This document shows, piece by piece, positions 27,831-41,378 of a DNA stretch of 64,000 nucleotides. The stretch's first letter is position 1. Each line of letters opens with the position of its first letter. Made by a program: the position numbers and the translations under genes. The DNA comes from Malacoraja senta (Eukaryota), in the NCBI GenBank assembly GCA_038087875.1, contig JAXLNO010003487.1, forward strand, positions 1-64,000, given 5' to 3'. The notes beneath the pieces are model-generated. The model was not told where the DNA came from. It was given only the letters and a program-made list of their open reading frames with translations, and searched no databases.

Positions 27831-27938
27831 CTCTCCTCTTTTTTCTCCACCAAACAATTACTGCCAAGACAATAGCCAGCAATATCAGCACACACACGGC
27901 AATAAGGCCTATGTGCCTGTCTTTCTTCCCATTTCCTT
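27831..27938 (-). CDS. MHC class I connecting-peptide/transmembrane exon: (E)GNGKKDRHIGLIAVCVLILLAIVLAVIVWWRKKRR(G)
   Basis: Acceptor TTATTTTTCAG, donor GTAAGA, 108 nt, phase 1-1, hydrophobic helix plus basic stop-transfer; in frame with alpha-3 exon. Confidence 0.85.
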
Positions 27939-30634
27939 CTGAAAAATAAGAATGCATAATTTTACATATCATTTGTTAAGCTGTGCAGCTAAATAGATTG
28001 GCACTGTCTGAAGACTTCAGGGTGAAGAAGGGTCTCGACCCGAAATGCCTCCTATTTCTTTTCTCAAGAGATGCTACCTGACCACTGAGTTACTCCAGCA
28101 TTTTGTGTCTATCTTTGGCACTTTTCAACATATATAAATATGTTGTTTTGAATCATGGAGTTCTGCAACATGGCAAAGGGACAATATATGTTCTGTACAA
28201 CTCTATGATCTATGGCACCATCACAGCCACAACTTAATTCAAGAAAGAAGGTGAATTGAAAGCAGAAAGCTTTAACCCTATATAAACTATCATCTGTTTT
28301 GGGGAAAATGTTGGATTCCTTTCAGTAATGGCAGAACATTTAAGTAATAACAAAACAATAAAGTGCATTAACAGGAAAATTGTAGAAAGAAAGAGATGCA
28401 GATACTGATTTATACAAAAGCTTTAGTTTAGTTTATTGTCACGAGTACTGAGGTGCAGTGAAAAGCTTTTGTTTCATGCTAACCAGTCAGTGGAAAGAAT
28501 ATACATGATAGACACAAAATGCTGGAGTAACTGAGCGGAATAGGCAACATCTCTGGCGAACATGGACTCAGTCAGAAGGATCGTGACCCGAAACATCACC
28601 TATTCCTTTTCTCCAGAAATGCTGCCTGACCAGCTGAGTTATTCCAGCAATTTGTGTCCATCTTCGGTGTATACCAGCATTTGCAATTTCTCCCTACACA
28701 TGGACAGGTGACATTTCGTTTACGGACCCTTCTTCAAACTTTGTTTGAGAAATTGATTAGAATTCTTTGAAAATGCAACAGGAACCCGTAGACAATGTAT
28801 ATTTGAGCAGCAGTAGTTTGCAGGTGTGCACAGCCTAAAATTTAAAAACAAAATGATGGAAAAGCAGAATAGGTAACAAAATTGGAATGAGAAACAAAAG
28901 AAATACAATATATTGTAGAGATCCAAGCGTCGTGAACAAATCAATGTTTTTTTAAGAAATACAGTTTTGGCCCACTCGCGTTTAGTAAGGACTTGAGCAA
29001 AGTTCCCACCGTTATAATCGGGCGCACCAGTTGACTGGCGATTAACTCATCACCAACTCCCACCAAAACCCTGTCACATGATAGTCCCTGCTCCCCTGAC
29101 GAGGGTTCTAGCAATAAGTGGCCTGACCACCAGATGTCGCCACAATATCTGGATTTTCATAAGATATCTGATCAAGTGATGCAAAGGCAAATGGCTTATG
29201 ACATTGGGGGTAATAATTAGCATGAATGGAAAAACAATTAAGAGCAAGCAGAGTCTTAAAGGAGTGTTTAAGTTGGGAAACTGCAACTGCAGGATGGGAA
29301 TCAATGCAAGAAAGTGAACTACTTATCGTTAGTATTAAGAGCAGATGAAGGGCCTGATGGTGCTGTAGCCTAGATTGCTGATGATACATAGATAGGTTGA
29401 AAATTAAGTTCTGGAGTATGTCAACAGTCTTCAGAGTGAAACATCAGATTCCTTATTTGTGCATTGTTCGAGGGAATCTTCAAAAGTGAACATTTGTGTG
29501 GGTTAGTGCAGCATACCTGGAATCAAACTACTACGATCGCTGTTTGTCAGGCAGTTATATTTTTTTGTTGCTGAAGCTGTAACTTGCGTCAGGGAACTTA
29601 CTTCATTAGGTTTAGTTTTATTAATGCCAGATGTTTCAAGATAGTGCAAAGGTTTGTTTTGTATGCTATCCAAACAAATTAGATAATACTATAGATAAAT
29701 AAAAAACTAAAAAACAATAGATAGAGCAAAGAGGAGGATACAGAGTACAGAATATAGTTCTCAGCATTGTAACGCATCAGTTCCATAGACAATGTTCAAT
29801 GTGCAATGAGGTTGAGGTGAATCGGGCATTAAACCTACATTATGGAAGGACCCTTCTGAAGCCTGATAAGAGATGGAAAGGGGGTGTTCCTGAGTCTGGC
29901 AGTGCATATTTTCAATTTTCTGTACCTATTGCCTGATGGGAGCAGGAAGGAGGAATGACCGGGGTGGGATACGTCTCGGTTTCCAAGGCAACCATCAATA
30001 GTGGGAAGTCTGGCCTGTGTGATGATCTTTAACTCTTTGTATATTCTTGCAGTCTTGGGCAGTGCAGTTCCCAAATCAAGATGTGATGCAACCCAACAAC
30101 ATGCTGTCTCTAGCAGCATCTATAGATGTTTGCTGGAGTCACCAGAGACATGATGAATATTCTCAGTCTCCTGAGGAAGTAGAGGTGTCGGTGTGCCCCC
30201 TTGGCTATGTGGCCAGTCCATGACCGAATATTGGATATATTCATGCCAAGGAACACAAAGCTCTCAATCATTTCCACTTTGGACCACTGATTCGCATTGG
30301 GGCATGTACTCCCCCAGTGCCTTGCTGTTAATCACATCATGAGGAAAGATTCATTTATTATTTAAGCATACCTTTCATGGATTTCAGTTCCACCACTGAG
30401 AATCTCAAATACTCCTTCCTTGTATATTAGTTATTTATTTATTTTTGATAAATGTTCTGTTGACAAAGTCTTCTGCTCATGTGGAGAGTGGGTGCTGATT
30501 ATGTGATTGCTTAGAGCAAAACCACTAAACAAAGAAAGTTTAAGCATCTTGGAATATGGGATGTAGTCACAATGGTTAAAATGGATACAACAGAAGATAA
30601 TGATTATCTATGAAAGAATATTTAACGTTCTTAC

Positions 30635-30901
30635 CCCAGATGATGGTCTTCCCACCGGGCAGGCTCCTGTGATCGACATGACAGGAATACTGTTTCCCAT
30701 CATACGGATCATACTGAAGGACAGACTTTAGATGATATGTTCCATCGTTGTTGGGTATGACCCCAGAAGATTTGGTCTCAGAGACATGTTGACCATTCTG
30801 CAACCAGCTGACATTGATGGCCGGTGGGTAAAATCCAAACACAGTGCAGTACAGGACTGAATGATCATCAGGGCGGGCAGCGAGAGTGACCTCAGGGGAA
30901 A
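30635..30901 (-). CDS. MHC class I alpha-3 (C1-set Ig) exon
   Basis: 267 nt, phase 1-1, TGTCTTGTAG / GTAAGA; SPEVTLAARPDDHSVLYCTVFGFYPPAINVSWLQNGQHVSETKSSGVIPNNDGTYHLKSVLQYDPYDGKQYSCHVDHRSLPGGKTIIW. Confidence 0.92.
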
Positions 30902-33017
30902 CTACAAGACAGTAAGATGGTTATTTTCATCTTCAGTAAAACTTGCACAGTCACCCACCACAAAATATTCTTCTGTCTACTACAACCACCAAGTTACTGT
31001 CTACATCTGCCCCATTTTGCCTCTTTCGTCACCATCAACCAACCACGTGGTTTAAAAGGGATCGTACCCTCCCTGTTAAGACAGTACACAAGAAAGTTTG
31101 AAAGCACGTACCATTAAATTCAGGAACAGCTTCTTCCCCGCTGTTATTGGACTACTGAATGATTCTCATGTAAGATAAGATGTTGCCCTGATCTTCCAAC
31201 CAATCTCATTGTGATCCTTGCAAATCTTTTTGATCTGCACTTTCTCTGTAACTGTAATGCTATGATATTGTAACCCGATATTCTGCACTCTGAGTATTTT
31301 TTTCTTGGCACTGTTCTACTTGTGGATGGCTTGATTGCACATGTGTAGTATGATCTGATTGGATAACACAGACACACTTTTGACTATATCTCAGTTCACG
31401 TGACAATAATAAACTAATACCAACGGCAAATCTTTTCACTATGGCATATTATTGACAATAATAAATAATTGACAAGTTACGAAATGAGGGTCAATTGGGG
31501 AGGGGACAAGCTTAAAATTGGCAGTATTTTCTCTCCTCTTCAATAAGAGATAAAAGAGACCAGTCATTTGTTTACAAAATCTCTTTTTGCAGAGTGTGGT
31601 CATTCTCTGGCGCTCTTGACCCCAGAGATTTGTGAAGACAAAATCATTGGAAGTATTTAATGTGGCGGTAGTTAAACTTTTGAAAGATTGGAGAATTGAG
31701 TGCAATGAGGAACTGGCACCGATCAGGAGTTGATGCCTGAGGAACGTCAGCCATGGTCATATTGAATGGTGGGCAGGTTAGAGGACCAAATGGCTTACTC
31801 GGAAACTTGATAACCGAGGAGAAAATCAGGCTTCTGAATGATCGTTCCATAAGCTAGGGTTCTGTCCAATTGACCACTACCCCATTACAGACAGTGGACT
31901 TTGTTTATGGAACTATGCAGGAAGGAACTGTAGATGCTGGTTTAAACTGCAGATAGACACAAAATACTAGAGTAACTCAACGGGTCAGGCAGCATCTCTG
32001 GAGAGAAGGAATGTGTTACGTTTTGAGTCGAAACTCATATCTAATGGAACTGGTGTGCTACATTGCTGAGAACTATATGCCACAGTCTGTACCTTCCCCT
32101 TTGCTCTACCTACAGTACTTGAGTTGACTTGATCATATATATGTATGTCGTTATCTCATCCAATTGGATATCATGGAACTGTACCTGGAAAGTTGCTGCC
32201 TTACAGTACTACAGACCAAAGTTCAATCCTGACAATGGGTGCTGTCTATATAGAGTTCATATATTCTCCCTGTGACCATGCGAGTTATCTCCGGGTGCTA
32301 CAGTTCCGTCACATTCAAAGACGTGCAGGTTTGTAAGTTTTTTGGCTTCTGTAAATTGTCCCTAGTGTGTAGGATAGAACTAATATTTGGGTGGTCGTTA
32401 GTCAGCACAGGTTCAGTGGGCCAAAGGGCCTATTTCCATGCTGTACCTCGAAACTAAACGTGACAATAATAAACCGCAACTTATCCCTGTGCCTATCTGT
32501 AGATTAGTGTCACTCATACTGTGGCTCCGCCCACAGGCTTATTAGACAGCTCTCTCTCTATCTCTCTCTCTGGTAGACTGGTAGTAAGCATGCTGAGAAA
32601 AAAGCACCTTGTGTTTCCTCTGCAGAGTTACTAATAAAAGACTATGGATTTTAACTACTATGTGTGAGTTTGATCATTCTTCCAACACAGGGCTCGAAAT
32701 TAGCGGTTGCCCGGTGCCAATGGCAACCTAAAAGCCATGCCATTTTGCCCGGCTTGGCAAGCAACCGGGACACCTGCCCGCCCGCCATCCGTGTCCAGGT
32801 CTCGGGTTCCGCTCAGCAAGGCCGGCCGCGCCGGTGGCGACATGCTCTGCTAGCAGTCGCAAACTTTTTAGCTCCGCTGAAAAAATCGCGATTTTTCGCG
32901 TTAAAATCGGGTCTGGAGGTCGGGACCGTTTTTAAAAACTTACCGGAGCTTCATGTCGCGGTGCTGATGACGTCATCAGTAAGCGCCGCGATTATAACGG
33001 AGGGAAAGTCATTTTAA

Positions 33018-34013
33018 ATGAAAAGTACATCTCCAGGTCAGAGCCCACAGAGGAAAATCTCAAAACATCTGCTGAAGACTCTGGAACAGCAAGAAACTTC
33101 AGAACTGACCTCTGGAGAGGTCTCTGGAATGGCTACTCGATCTGCAAAAGAGAAAATCGAAATGGAGGACTTAAGAAACTCGGTAAGAGATATCAAAAAT
33201 GATATGGAAGCTGGGAACAGTAAATTGATAGCCGGTAATGATAAAATACTTGAGGGTATTGAGGCTCTCCAAAAAAGAATTGAAGGTGTGGAAAAAGGAC
33301 TATCGATAAAAATTGAAAAGGTGGCAGAAGAGACCACAAAGATGTTTGAGGCTGTGCACGAAACTGTGGCTGTAAATGCATCTGCAGTGAATGATTTGGA
33401 AGCTGCTGTGGAAGTGATGGCTGGAGAGATGCAGACTATGAAGTCAGAAATAGATAGTCTCAAGAACCAAGTCACAAAGGTTTCGAATAAATGTGTTGAC
33501 CTAGAAGCTCGCTCAAGACGCCAAAATATAAGAATACGTGGTGTAAAAGAGGGAGCTGAGGGGGACAATGTTTGTGAGTTCGCTGCCAACCTAATTAAAC
33601 ACGTACTGAAGCTACCAGAAGTACCTGTAATTGAAGTAGCACATCGACTCCCCAGATTTAAATCAAGATCTCAAGGAGAACGTGCCTACCCACGACAGAT
33701 CATAATTAAACTTCGGGATATCTCAACAATGGAAGCGCTGATGAAAAAAATCAACCACGGAGAGAAGATGATGTACAGAGGTGATACTATTAAACTCCTA
33801 CGGGACTACCCTTATGAGATTGAGCAAAAGAGAAGAAAGTTCTCACAGACCAGAGAAGTTCTTTATGGTGTTAAGGGAGTTTTGTGTGGAGTGTTTTATC
33901 CGGCTAGAATGCGTATCACCTTTGAGGGAGTGTCAAAAACATTCACTAATTCGGATGAATCTCTCAAATACGCTGAAGAAATCGCGACTAAGGCTGCATC
34001 AACTGGAGATTGA
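33018..34013 (+). CDS. L1 ORF1p, intact 331 aa (coiled coil, RRM, CTD)
   Basis: DLEARSRRQNIRIRGVKEG, IEVAHRL, PRQIIIKL, YPARMRI. Confidence 0.92.
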   Translation: MKSTSPGQSPQRKISKHLLKTLEQQETSELTSGEVSGMATRSAKEKIEMEDLRNSVRDIKNDMEAGNSKLIAGNDKILEGIEALQKRIEGVEKGLSIKIEKVAEETTKMFEAVHETVAVNASAVNDLEAAVEVMAGEMQTMKSEIDSLKNQVTKVSNKCVDLEARSRRQNIRIRGVKEGAEGDNVCEFAANLIKHVLKLPEVPVIEVAHRLPRFKSRSQGERAYPRQIIIKLRDISTMEALMKKINHGEKMMYRGDTIKLLRDYPYEIEQKRRKFSQTREVLYGVKGVLCGVFYPARMRITFEGVSKTFTNSDESLKYAEEIATKAASTGD

Positions 34014-35231
34014 AAACCAAGACGACAGGAACAAACGAACTTGCTTATTCTTCCAACAAGAGTATCACAAGGAAAGTGAATTAACTGAACACTGATTTTT
34101 TATTTTTTATTTGACTTCAAGCAACAGATTCTTAGTGAGACGTGGCTAGACATTATTATCTTCGCTGGAACATTGTGCTATGTAATTCAAGGACACTACG
34201 TGCTCAAAAGAGGAAAACCTGATAACACGAGACGAACTGCTGGGCTGAGAGTGAAAAACATCACATGGCTTATATTGTTTATAAAAAACTGAAAAAACTG
34301 AGAACTAATAATAATTAACAATTAACAATACTAATATAGAAATAGCAATTGAAATAGATAAAAAATGTGCAGTCTGCTCTGTTTAGCAGATAACAGCAAG
34401 TGCTATGCAGCTCGAGAGTGGAGGGAGGGGGAGACCGGGTACCTGGCATAACTCCAGGAGCCAGACTCCCGTTAACCCTTCCAGCGAACAGCTCATTTTT
34501 AACAATATTAAAATCAATTTAAAATAGTTAAGAGATAATATACACTCGAGGTTGATATGAAAAATACATACGGCTTATATAGTTTTACAAAATGCTGAGA
34601 ATTAATCATAATTAATAATTAACAATACTAATATAGAAATAATATTTGAAACTGATAAAACTGTGGTGCCTGCGTCATAACGCAGACAGCAGTTATCACC
34701 TATGTTCGCAGCTCGTGGAGAGGAGAGGAGATCAGGCACCTGGCACAATTCCAGGAACCTGACTCCGATTAATCCACTCAGTAAACCGCTCACTTTAACA
34801 ATACTAAATTCATTTTAAAATAGTTAAGAGATAAAGAGTGAGTAGGATATGGAATCGAATACATTTGACACATATATAAATTGTAACTGGGTGAAATAGA
34901 ACTGAATTGGAAACGGTAATGACCCCATAGATTTTGGGTAATAAATACAGCGGGGCTAACTTTATACCAACTACGCCGGAAGCGTTATGGATGTCGTACC
35001 CCACAGACGAGTGGGCCACTCACTACGGTGTTGAAATTTTAGACACCGTAAATTTATTTGATTTATATATATTTTTTTTAATCACAATATGTCACATCTG
35101 TGTGTTTTTTCTTCAAGGACAATCGCGCAGGAGAACTACCAAGGAAGTCTATAATAGAAATACTCCCAAAATAACCAGAGTCCGGAGGTATGAACGCACC
35201 ACAATAATTAAGGTCATTAAAACTGGTAAAA

Positions 35232-38200
35232 ATGCATGACGACAATCAAAAGAAAATAGGAGGAATCACATTATGTAGTTGGAATATAAGGGGGATTAAT
35301 GAACCTATTAAAAGGGGCAAGATACTAGCTCAGTTGAAATCATACAACACGGACATTGCGTTTCTACAGGAAACACATCTTAAACAGCAAGATCAGACAA
35401 GACTGAGGGCGAACTGGATAGGCCAAACATTTCACTCTTCATTTACCTCCAAATCTAGAGGTACTGCAATTATTATTCGTAAAGGAATTCCATTTAAATC
35501 AAAGAACACTATTTTAGATAAGGAAGGGAGATATCTTATAGTAGCAGGGGAGATCAATAATATGCCAATTACGCTAACTTTGATAACCCTCAATTTTTTA
35601 ATAAAATTCTGAATATAATTGCAGAATCTAATTATCAAAATGTTATAATCGGAGGAGATTTTAATTGTGTTTTAGATCCTTATTTAGATAAATCGATGCA
35701 AAAACAAAAAGGTCAGACGAAATCTAAAACCAGTGAACTCTTACACACATATATGGAAAACACAAATATAACAGATGTATGGAGGATTGCAAACCCGACG
35801 GGAAGGGATTACTCGTTTTATTCAATGGTGCATAAAACATATTCACGGATAGACTATTTTCTTGTGGATACAAAATTAATTTCGCAATCTCTGAATCCTA
35901 AATATCATATTAATGCGATCTCAGATCATTCTCCGTTAACTTTTGTTCTAAAACTAGAAGGAATGTCTATGAATAAACCGTTCTGGAGGTTTAACTCACA
36001 AATTTTAAAAGACCCTCAAGGGAGTATCTATCTAAAAAAACAGATGGATCTATTTTTTGAGTTAAATGATACACCAGAGATATCCCCCACGTTATTATGG
36101 GAATCCTTCAAAGCATTTATAAGAGGAGTCATTATTTCATTTCAAGCTTATCAAAATAAAAAGAATAAGAATGAACAAAGACACTTAGAAGATCAAATAA
36201 AACAGTTAGATATAGATAATGCTAAAGACCCAACTATGGATAAACAATAAATTACTGTCAGAGAAAGTTATAACATTATTTCAAATTACAAAACAAGAAC
36301 ACTTCGAATTCGGGGACAAACCCCACAAACTTCTAGCACGACAACTTAAAAAACGGGAAAAAGAGAATGCAATATTAAAGATTAAATCAGATAGAGGGGA
36401 AGTATTAACACTACCCAAGGATATTAATAAAAGATTTGCTCAATTTTACCAGAATCTATACACATCTAAAACGTCAATAGACAATAATAAAATCTCAGAA
36501 TTTTTAGATAATTGTAATCTACCACAATTAGAACGCAGGGAACAAGAGGAACTGGGAGCACAAATTACTTCTAAGGAGATAGAAGACACAATAAAAACAC
36601 TAAAAAATGGAAAAACACCAGGACCAGACGGATTCAGTAATGAATTTTATAAATCTTTTTATGATATAGTTACTCCACGATTACAAAAAATGTATACATA
36701 TGCTTATAAAGAGCAAAACCTACCTGAAACACTAGCGGAATCAACGATCATATTAATACTTAAAAAAGATAAAAATATAGAAGAACCAGGATCATATAGA
36801 GCTATTGCTTTGTTAAATACGGATCAGAAAATAATAGCAAAAACATTAGCCAATAGATTAAGCAAGTATGTTAGTAGACTAATACATGAGGATCAAACAG
36901 GATTTATACCTAAGAGACACTCATTTAATAATTTGAGACGTTTGCTTAACATAATGCATTCACATAAATCTGATGACCAAGAGTTAGCTATCATCTCACT
37001 GGACGCAGAAAAAGCGTTTGATCAAGTAGAATGGGACTATATGATCAAAGTATTGCAAAAATTCCAATTGGGAGAAAACTTTATTGCATGGATAAAATTA
37101 CTATATAACAAACCTACGGCTAGAATACTAACTAATAATATATTATCTTCAAAATTCGAATTATCTAGGGGCAACAGACAAGGATGTTCACTATCACCGC
37201 TGTTATTTGCTTTGGTAATTGAACCCCTTGCTGAAAAAATAAGAACACACTCGAATATTCACGGTTATAACACAAAATATTCAAACAACAAACTATCCCT
37301 ATATGCTGATGATGTACTACTGTACATCACAAAACCACAAATTAGTATACCAAATATATTAAACTTAATTGAGGACTTTGGATCCTTTTCAGGATATAGA
37401 ATAAATTGGAACAAAAGTGAAATTATGTCGATTAAACCAAAAGACTCAACACATCTCAGGAAATTCCCTTTTAAAATAGCTATGGAAAAATTCAAATATT
37501 TAGGAATTGAGATTACTAGAAATTACCATGATATGTTTAAAGCTAATTATAATCCCCTACTTAAGAAATTAAATAATCTGATTAAATTTTGGAAAACACT
37601 TCCGATGTCCTTAATAGGTAGGATAAATGCTATAAAAATGATTTTCTTGCCACAAATCCTTTACCTATTTCAATCAATACCTATATATCTCCCAAAAAAG
37701 TTTTTCAAAAAACTGGACTCAGACATTACAAATTTTATATGGGATTACAAATCCCACAGAATACAAAGAACACACCTTAACAAACGAAAAGAGTTGGGGG
37801 GTCTAGCGCTCCCTAACTTTATGTATTATAACTGGGCAGTAAATATTAAAAATATGATTCACCTGCTGGACAATTCTGCCCAGCAGGTGGACTGGATTAT
37901 AATGGAAAAAGGGGATTGCTCCCCGAATAATATAGGAGCGATTATTCTCTCTCCAATAAATTTGAATAATAAAAATTATAATAAAAATCCAATTATATAT
38001 AGCACTATTAGAACATGGAAGCAAATAAAACAGAATCTAAAATTAAGAAACCTATCTCTCTTAATACCAATAGTCAATAACCCATCGTTTAAACCTTCAA
38101 TCATAGATAAAGCATTTATACAATGGGAAAGAATGGGAATTAAAACGCTCGAAGATCTGTATGAATTAGAAAAATTACTATCATTCCAACAACTACAACT

Positions 38201-38972
38201 GAAATATAATTTGAAAAATAATCAATATTTTAAATATCTACAAATCTGTGACTATTTGAAAACACACACAAAAGATTATTATAATATGCCTTCCGACTTA
38301 CTAGATGAAGCAATGAAGACAAAGGCGGAATCAGTTAATTTAATATCATACTTATATAATATCATCTTAAATATAGAAATACCCACAACAGATGGAATTA
38401 GAAGAGATTGGGAACAAGATCTAGGTATAAAAATTTCAAAAGAGAGTTGGGATAATCATTTATTACAGGTGCATAAATGCTCGATCAACGTACGACATAC
38501 GCTTATCCAATTTAAAACATTACATAGATTATATTATTCAAAAACCAAACTAAATAAAATCTTTCCTAACGTCTCACCAATCTGTGATAAATGTATATGT
38601 CAAGAAGCTACCATAGCACATTCTTTTGTTTTTTGTACAAAAATCCAAAAATTCTGGTTTGAAATATTTGATATTTTTTCAAAATTAATCAAAATAAAAC
38701 TGGTACCAAAACCAGAATGGATTATTTTTGGAATATCGGAAGGTATTCCTGAATTAAACGTGTATCAGAAGAATTTACTCAATTATGGGCTAATAATGGG
38801 AAAAAAGCTTATACTTAAATTCTGGAAAAATGCGCCCACACCAACAATAAAAATGTGGACATCAAATATGTTGGAAACATTACATCTGGAAGAGATGAGA
38901 TTCCTCCTAGTAGGCAAAGTAGATCAATTTCAAAAGACGTGGTCTACGTTTTTGGACCTATTACAAGCATGA
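35232..38972 (+). pseudogene. L1 ORF2 (EN-RT-Cys) broken by two short deletions near 35575 and 36245
   Basis: SWNIRG/QETH/GDFN/SDH; YAPN motif missing at first break; 917-aa open RT part with QGCSLSP, YADD, CDKC. Confidence 0.9.
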
Positions 38973-40479
38973 GGTGCAATAGTAATTTAGAAAAACAAAT
39001 AAATAAATAAAAGGTATCTGGACCTGGTAATGGGAGGTAAAATAAAAACAGACTTGGTTGGTAGTTCCTTCTCTATGAAGTATGGTATAAGAATTATAAT
39101 AGAGCGATTGTTCCTTCTTTCTTTCTCTTTTTTTTTCTAGGGCCTATTTTCTAACTTTACTTCCTTCTCTAACTTCTTTTCTAAGGGGCTTTCTTTTCCC
39201 AACACTCTTTTGCACTTCACAACCTTTGTGCACTTTCTTCACTTTTCTTACTTCTTTCTTTTTCTTTCTTAAAGATTAAAAAAGTGAAGCGGTACAAAAA
39301 ATGTATTAATATATACGTGTTGTACATTACTGTAATCTACCGTACTTCTAAAAAATAAAAAAATAAAAAAAAAAAAAAAAAATAAAAAAAAAAAAAAGCA
39401 AGGCCGGCCGCCGAGCCCTGCACATGCGCACTGCCACGGCAACTGGTCGGCGTCGGCCACTTTCTCCCTCCCTTTGCATTGTGGGAGTTCTGGCCGCCAT
39501 TGCTGTCCGGTCGCTGCATCAGCTGGAGTAAGTCTTGCTTCTTGGTTTCCAGGTCCTCCAAAAATATTCGAAATGGAATTTAAACTGGTGGACCCACCAC
39601 CACCAAACTCCAAACTGAAAAATAACAGCCTATTGCATTTTATCCGTTTATTTATTGTGTATATATATGGTCTATAGTATAGAGACACACTGAACTTTTA
39701 TCTCCTGTTCTGTATTATGTTTACATATTCTGTTGTGCTGCAGCAAGCAAGAATTTCATTGTCCTATCTGGGACACATGACAATAAAACTCTCTTGACTC
39801 TTGACTTGGACTTAAGCAAAAAAGGGTTCTTGGGGGAAAAAAACTACCTTAAATTTAGTTGCGTCTGGTTGGGTACCTATAGTAGGGTGACAACTATTCC
39901 ATGCTTTAATTGTGCGGGGGAACTCCATGGAGCAGCCAGCATCTCTGGATAGAAAAAATTGGGTGACATTTCTGGTAGAAACCCTTCTTTACATTTCCTC
40001 TGGTTTTAGTGTTTTTAGTTTAATTTAAAGATACAGTGTGGAAGCAGGCCCTTCGGCCCACTGAGTCCACGCCGACCACCGATCACCCGTACTCTAGTTC
40101 TATCCCACACATCAGCAACGTAAGTCAAGACTGTTTTATTCTCTCACGTCCCAGTTAGAACAATGAAATCCTCACTTGCAGCAGCACAACAGAATATGTA
40201 AACATAGTACTCTGTAAACAATGTTATAAACGAGAAAACAAAACTCCACACAGACAGCACCCATATTCAGGATCAATTCTGGGTCTCTGGCAATATTAGG
40301 CAGCCAATTTATGGGCAATGTACTGCCCCAATATCCTTGAACTGATTTAAGCATACAGTAGCTGTAAAGTGGGACATAGCGTCACTTAGAGATTTAAGAC
40401 CGAAAATGGATAGTTTCTTTTTTTTAGTAACCAAAGTTATCAACGTATAATTTTTTGTGTGTTGGAAAATAAAATATAA

Positions 40480-40700
40480 TGGCACAGCTGGTGGACTTGC
40501 TGCCTCACACGCCAGAGACCTGTGTTCGATCCTGTTCTCGGGCACTGTCTGTGTTGAATTTGCACATTCTCCCTGCAATCATGTGGGTTCCCTCCCACAT
40601 CCCAAAGACGCATTGGCTTTGTAGGTTAACTTGTCTCTGTAAAATTGCCCCTAATGTGCAGGAGTGGGTGAGGAAAGTGGGATAACAGAACTTGTGTGAA
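40480..40700 (+). mobile_element. V-SINE
   Basis: Head and V-domain. Confidence 0.75.
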
Positions 40701-40704
40701 TGGG

Positions 40705-41153
40705 TAGACACAAATGCTGGAAAAACTCAGCAGGTGAGGCAGCATCTATGGAGCAAAGGAAAAAGGTGACGTTTCGGGTCGAGACCCTTCTTCAGACTGA
40801 TGTCGGGAGGGGTGGGGGGCGAAAAAGAAAGGAAGAGGCAGAGACAGTAGGGTGTGGGAGAGCTGAGAATGGGAGGCAGGGGGAGGGAGAAAGCAAGGAC
40901 TATCTGAAATTGGAGAAGCCAATGTTCATACCGCTGGGGTGTAAACTACCCAAGCAAAATATGAGGTGCTGTTCCTCCAATTTGCGGTGGGCCTCACTCT
41001 GGCCATGGAGGAGGCCCAGAACAGAAAGGTCGGATTCGGAATCAGAGGGGGAGTTGAAGTGCTGAGCCACCAGGAGATCAAGTTGGTTATTGCGAACTGA
41101 GTGGAGGTGTTGTGCGAAGCGATCGCCATGCCTGCGCTTGGTCTCACCGAGGT
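40705..41153 (-). mobile_element. Penelope-like element 3' end (GIY-YIG C-terminus plus 3' UTR)
   Basis: GETKRR..DRFAQH..VAQHFNS..RKLEEQHLIFCLGSLHPSGMN. Confidence 0.9.
40763..40800 (-). ncRNA. Minimal type I hammerhead ribozyme-like motif
   Basis: Minus strand CTGAAGA-A-GGGTC-TC-GACCC-GAAA-CGTC; palindromic helix III (ACGT); helix I only about 2 bp. Confidence 0.6.
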
Positions 41154-41378
41154 TGATCATACGCTGAATAACCATATTTTTGTTTGGAAGTGGAAAGAGA
41201 TAATATAAATTGCATTCATTGCAACGTGTAAACAGAGATGAGATACTGTATTGTAATTTTGATGCATGTCATTGTGGTATATATCATGTCTTCATTGGTG
41301 AATATGTTTAGTTTGTGACTTTATTTGAAGCAGAAATAATATGTGAATGTTTCATTGACCATAATTCTGACTGGTATC

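Larger units (their letters stand above)
32830..39396 (+). mobile_element. Full-length L1-clade LINE (about 6.6 kb) with poly(A) and 15-bp TSD
   Basis: TSD AGCAAGGCCGGCCGC at 32815-32829 and 39397-39411; GC-rich 5' UTR, ORF1, spacer, ORF2, poly(A). Confidence 0.95.

Noticed and set aside
32964-33010. CTGATGA...GAAAGTC as a hammerhead in L1 5' UTR
   Set aside because: No helix II can form; better explained as the CRE palindrome
39520-39677. GTAAGT donor, TTTCCAG acceptor and ATG (MEFKLVDPPPP) after the L1
   Set aside because: Sites only about 25 nt apart, inside the DNA transposon body
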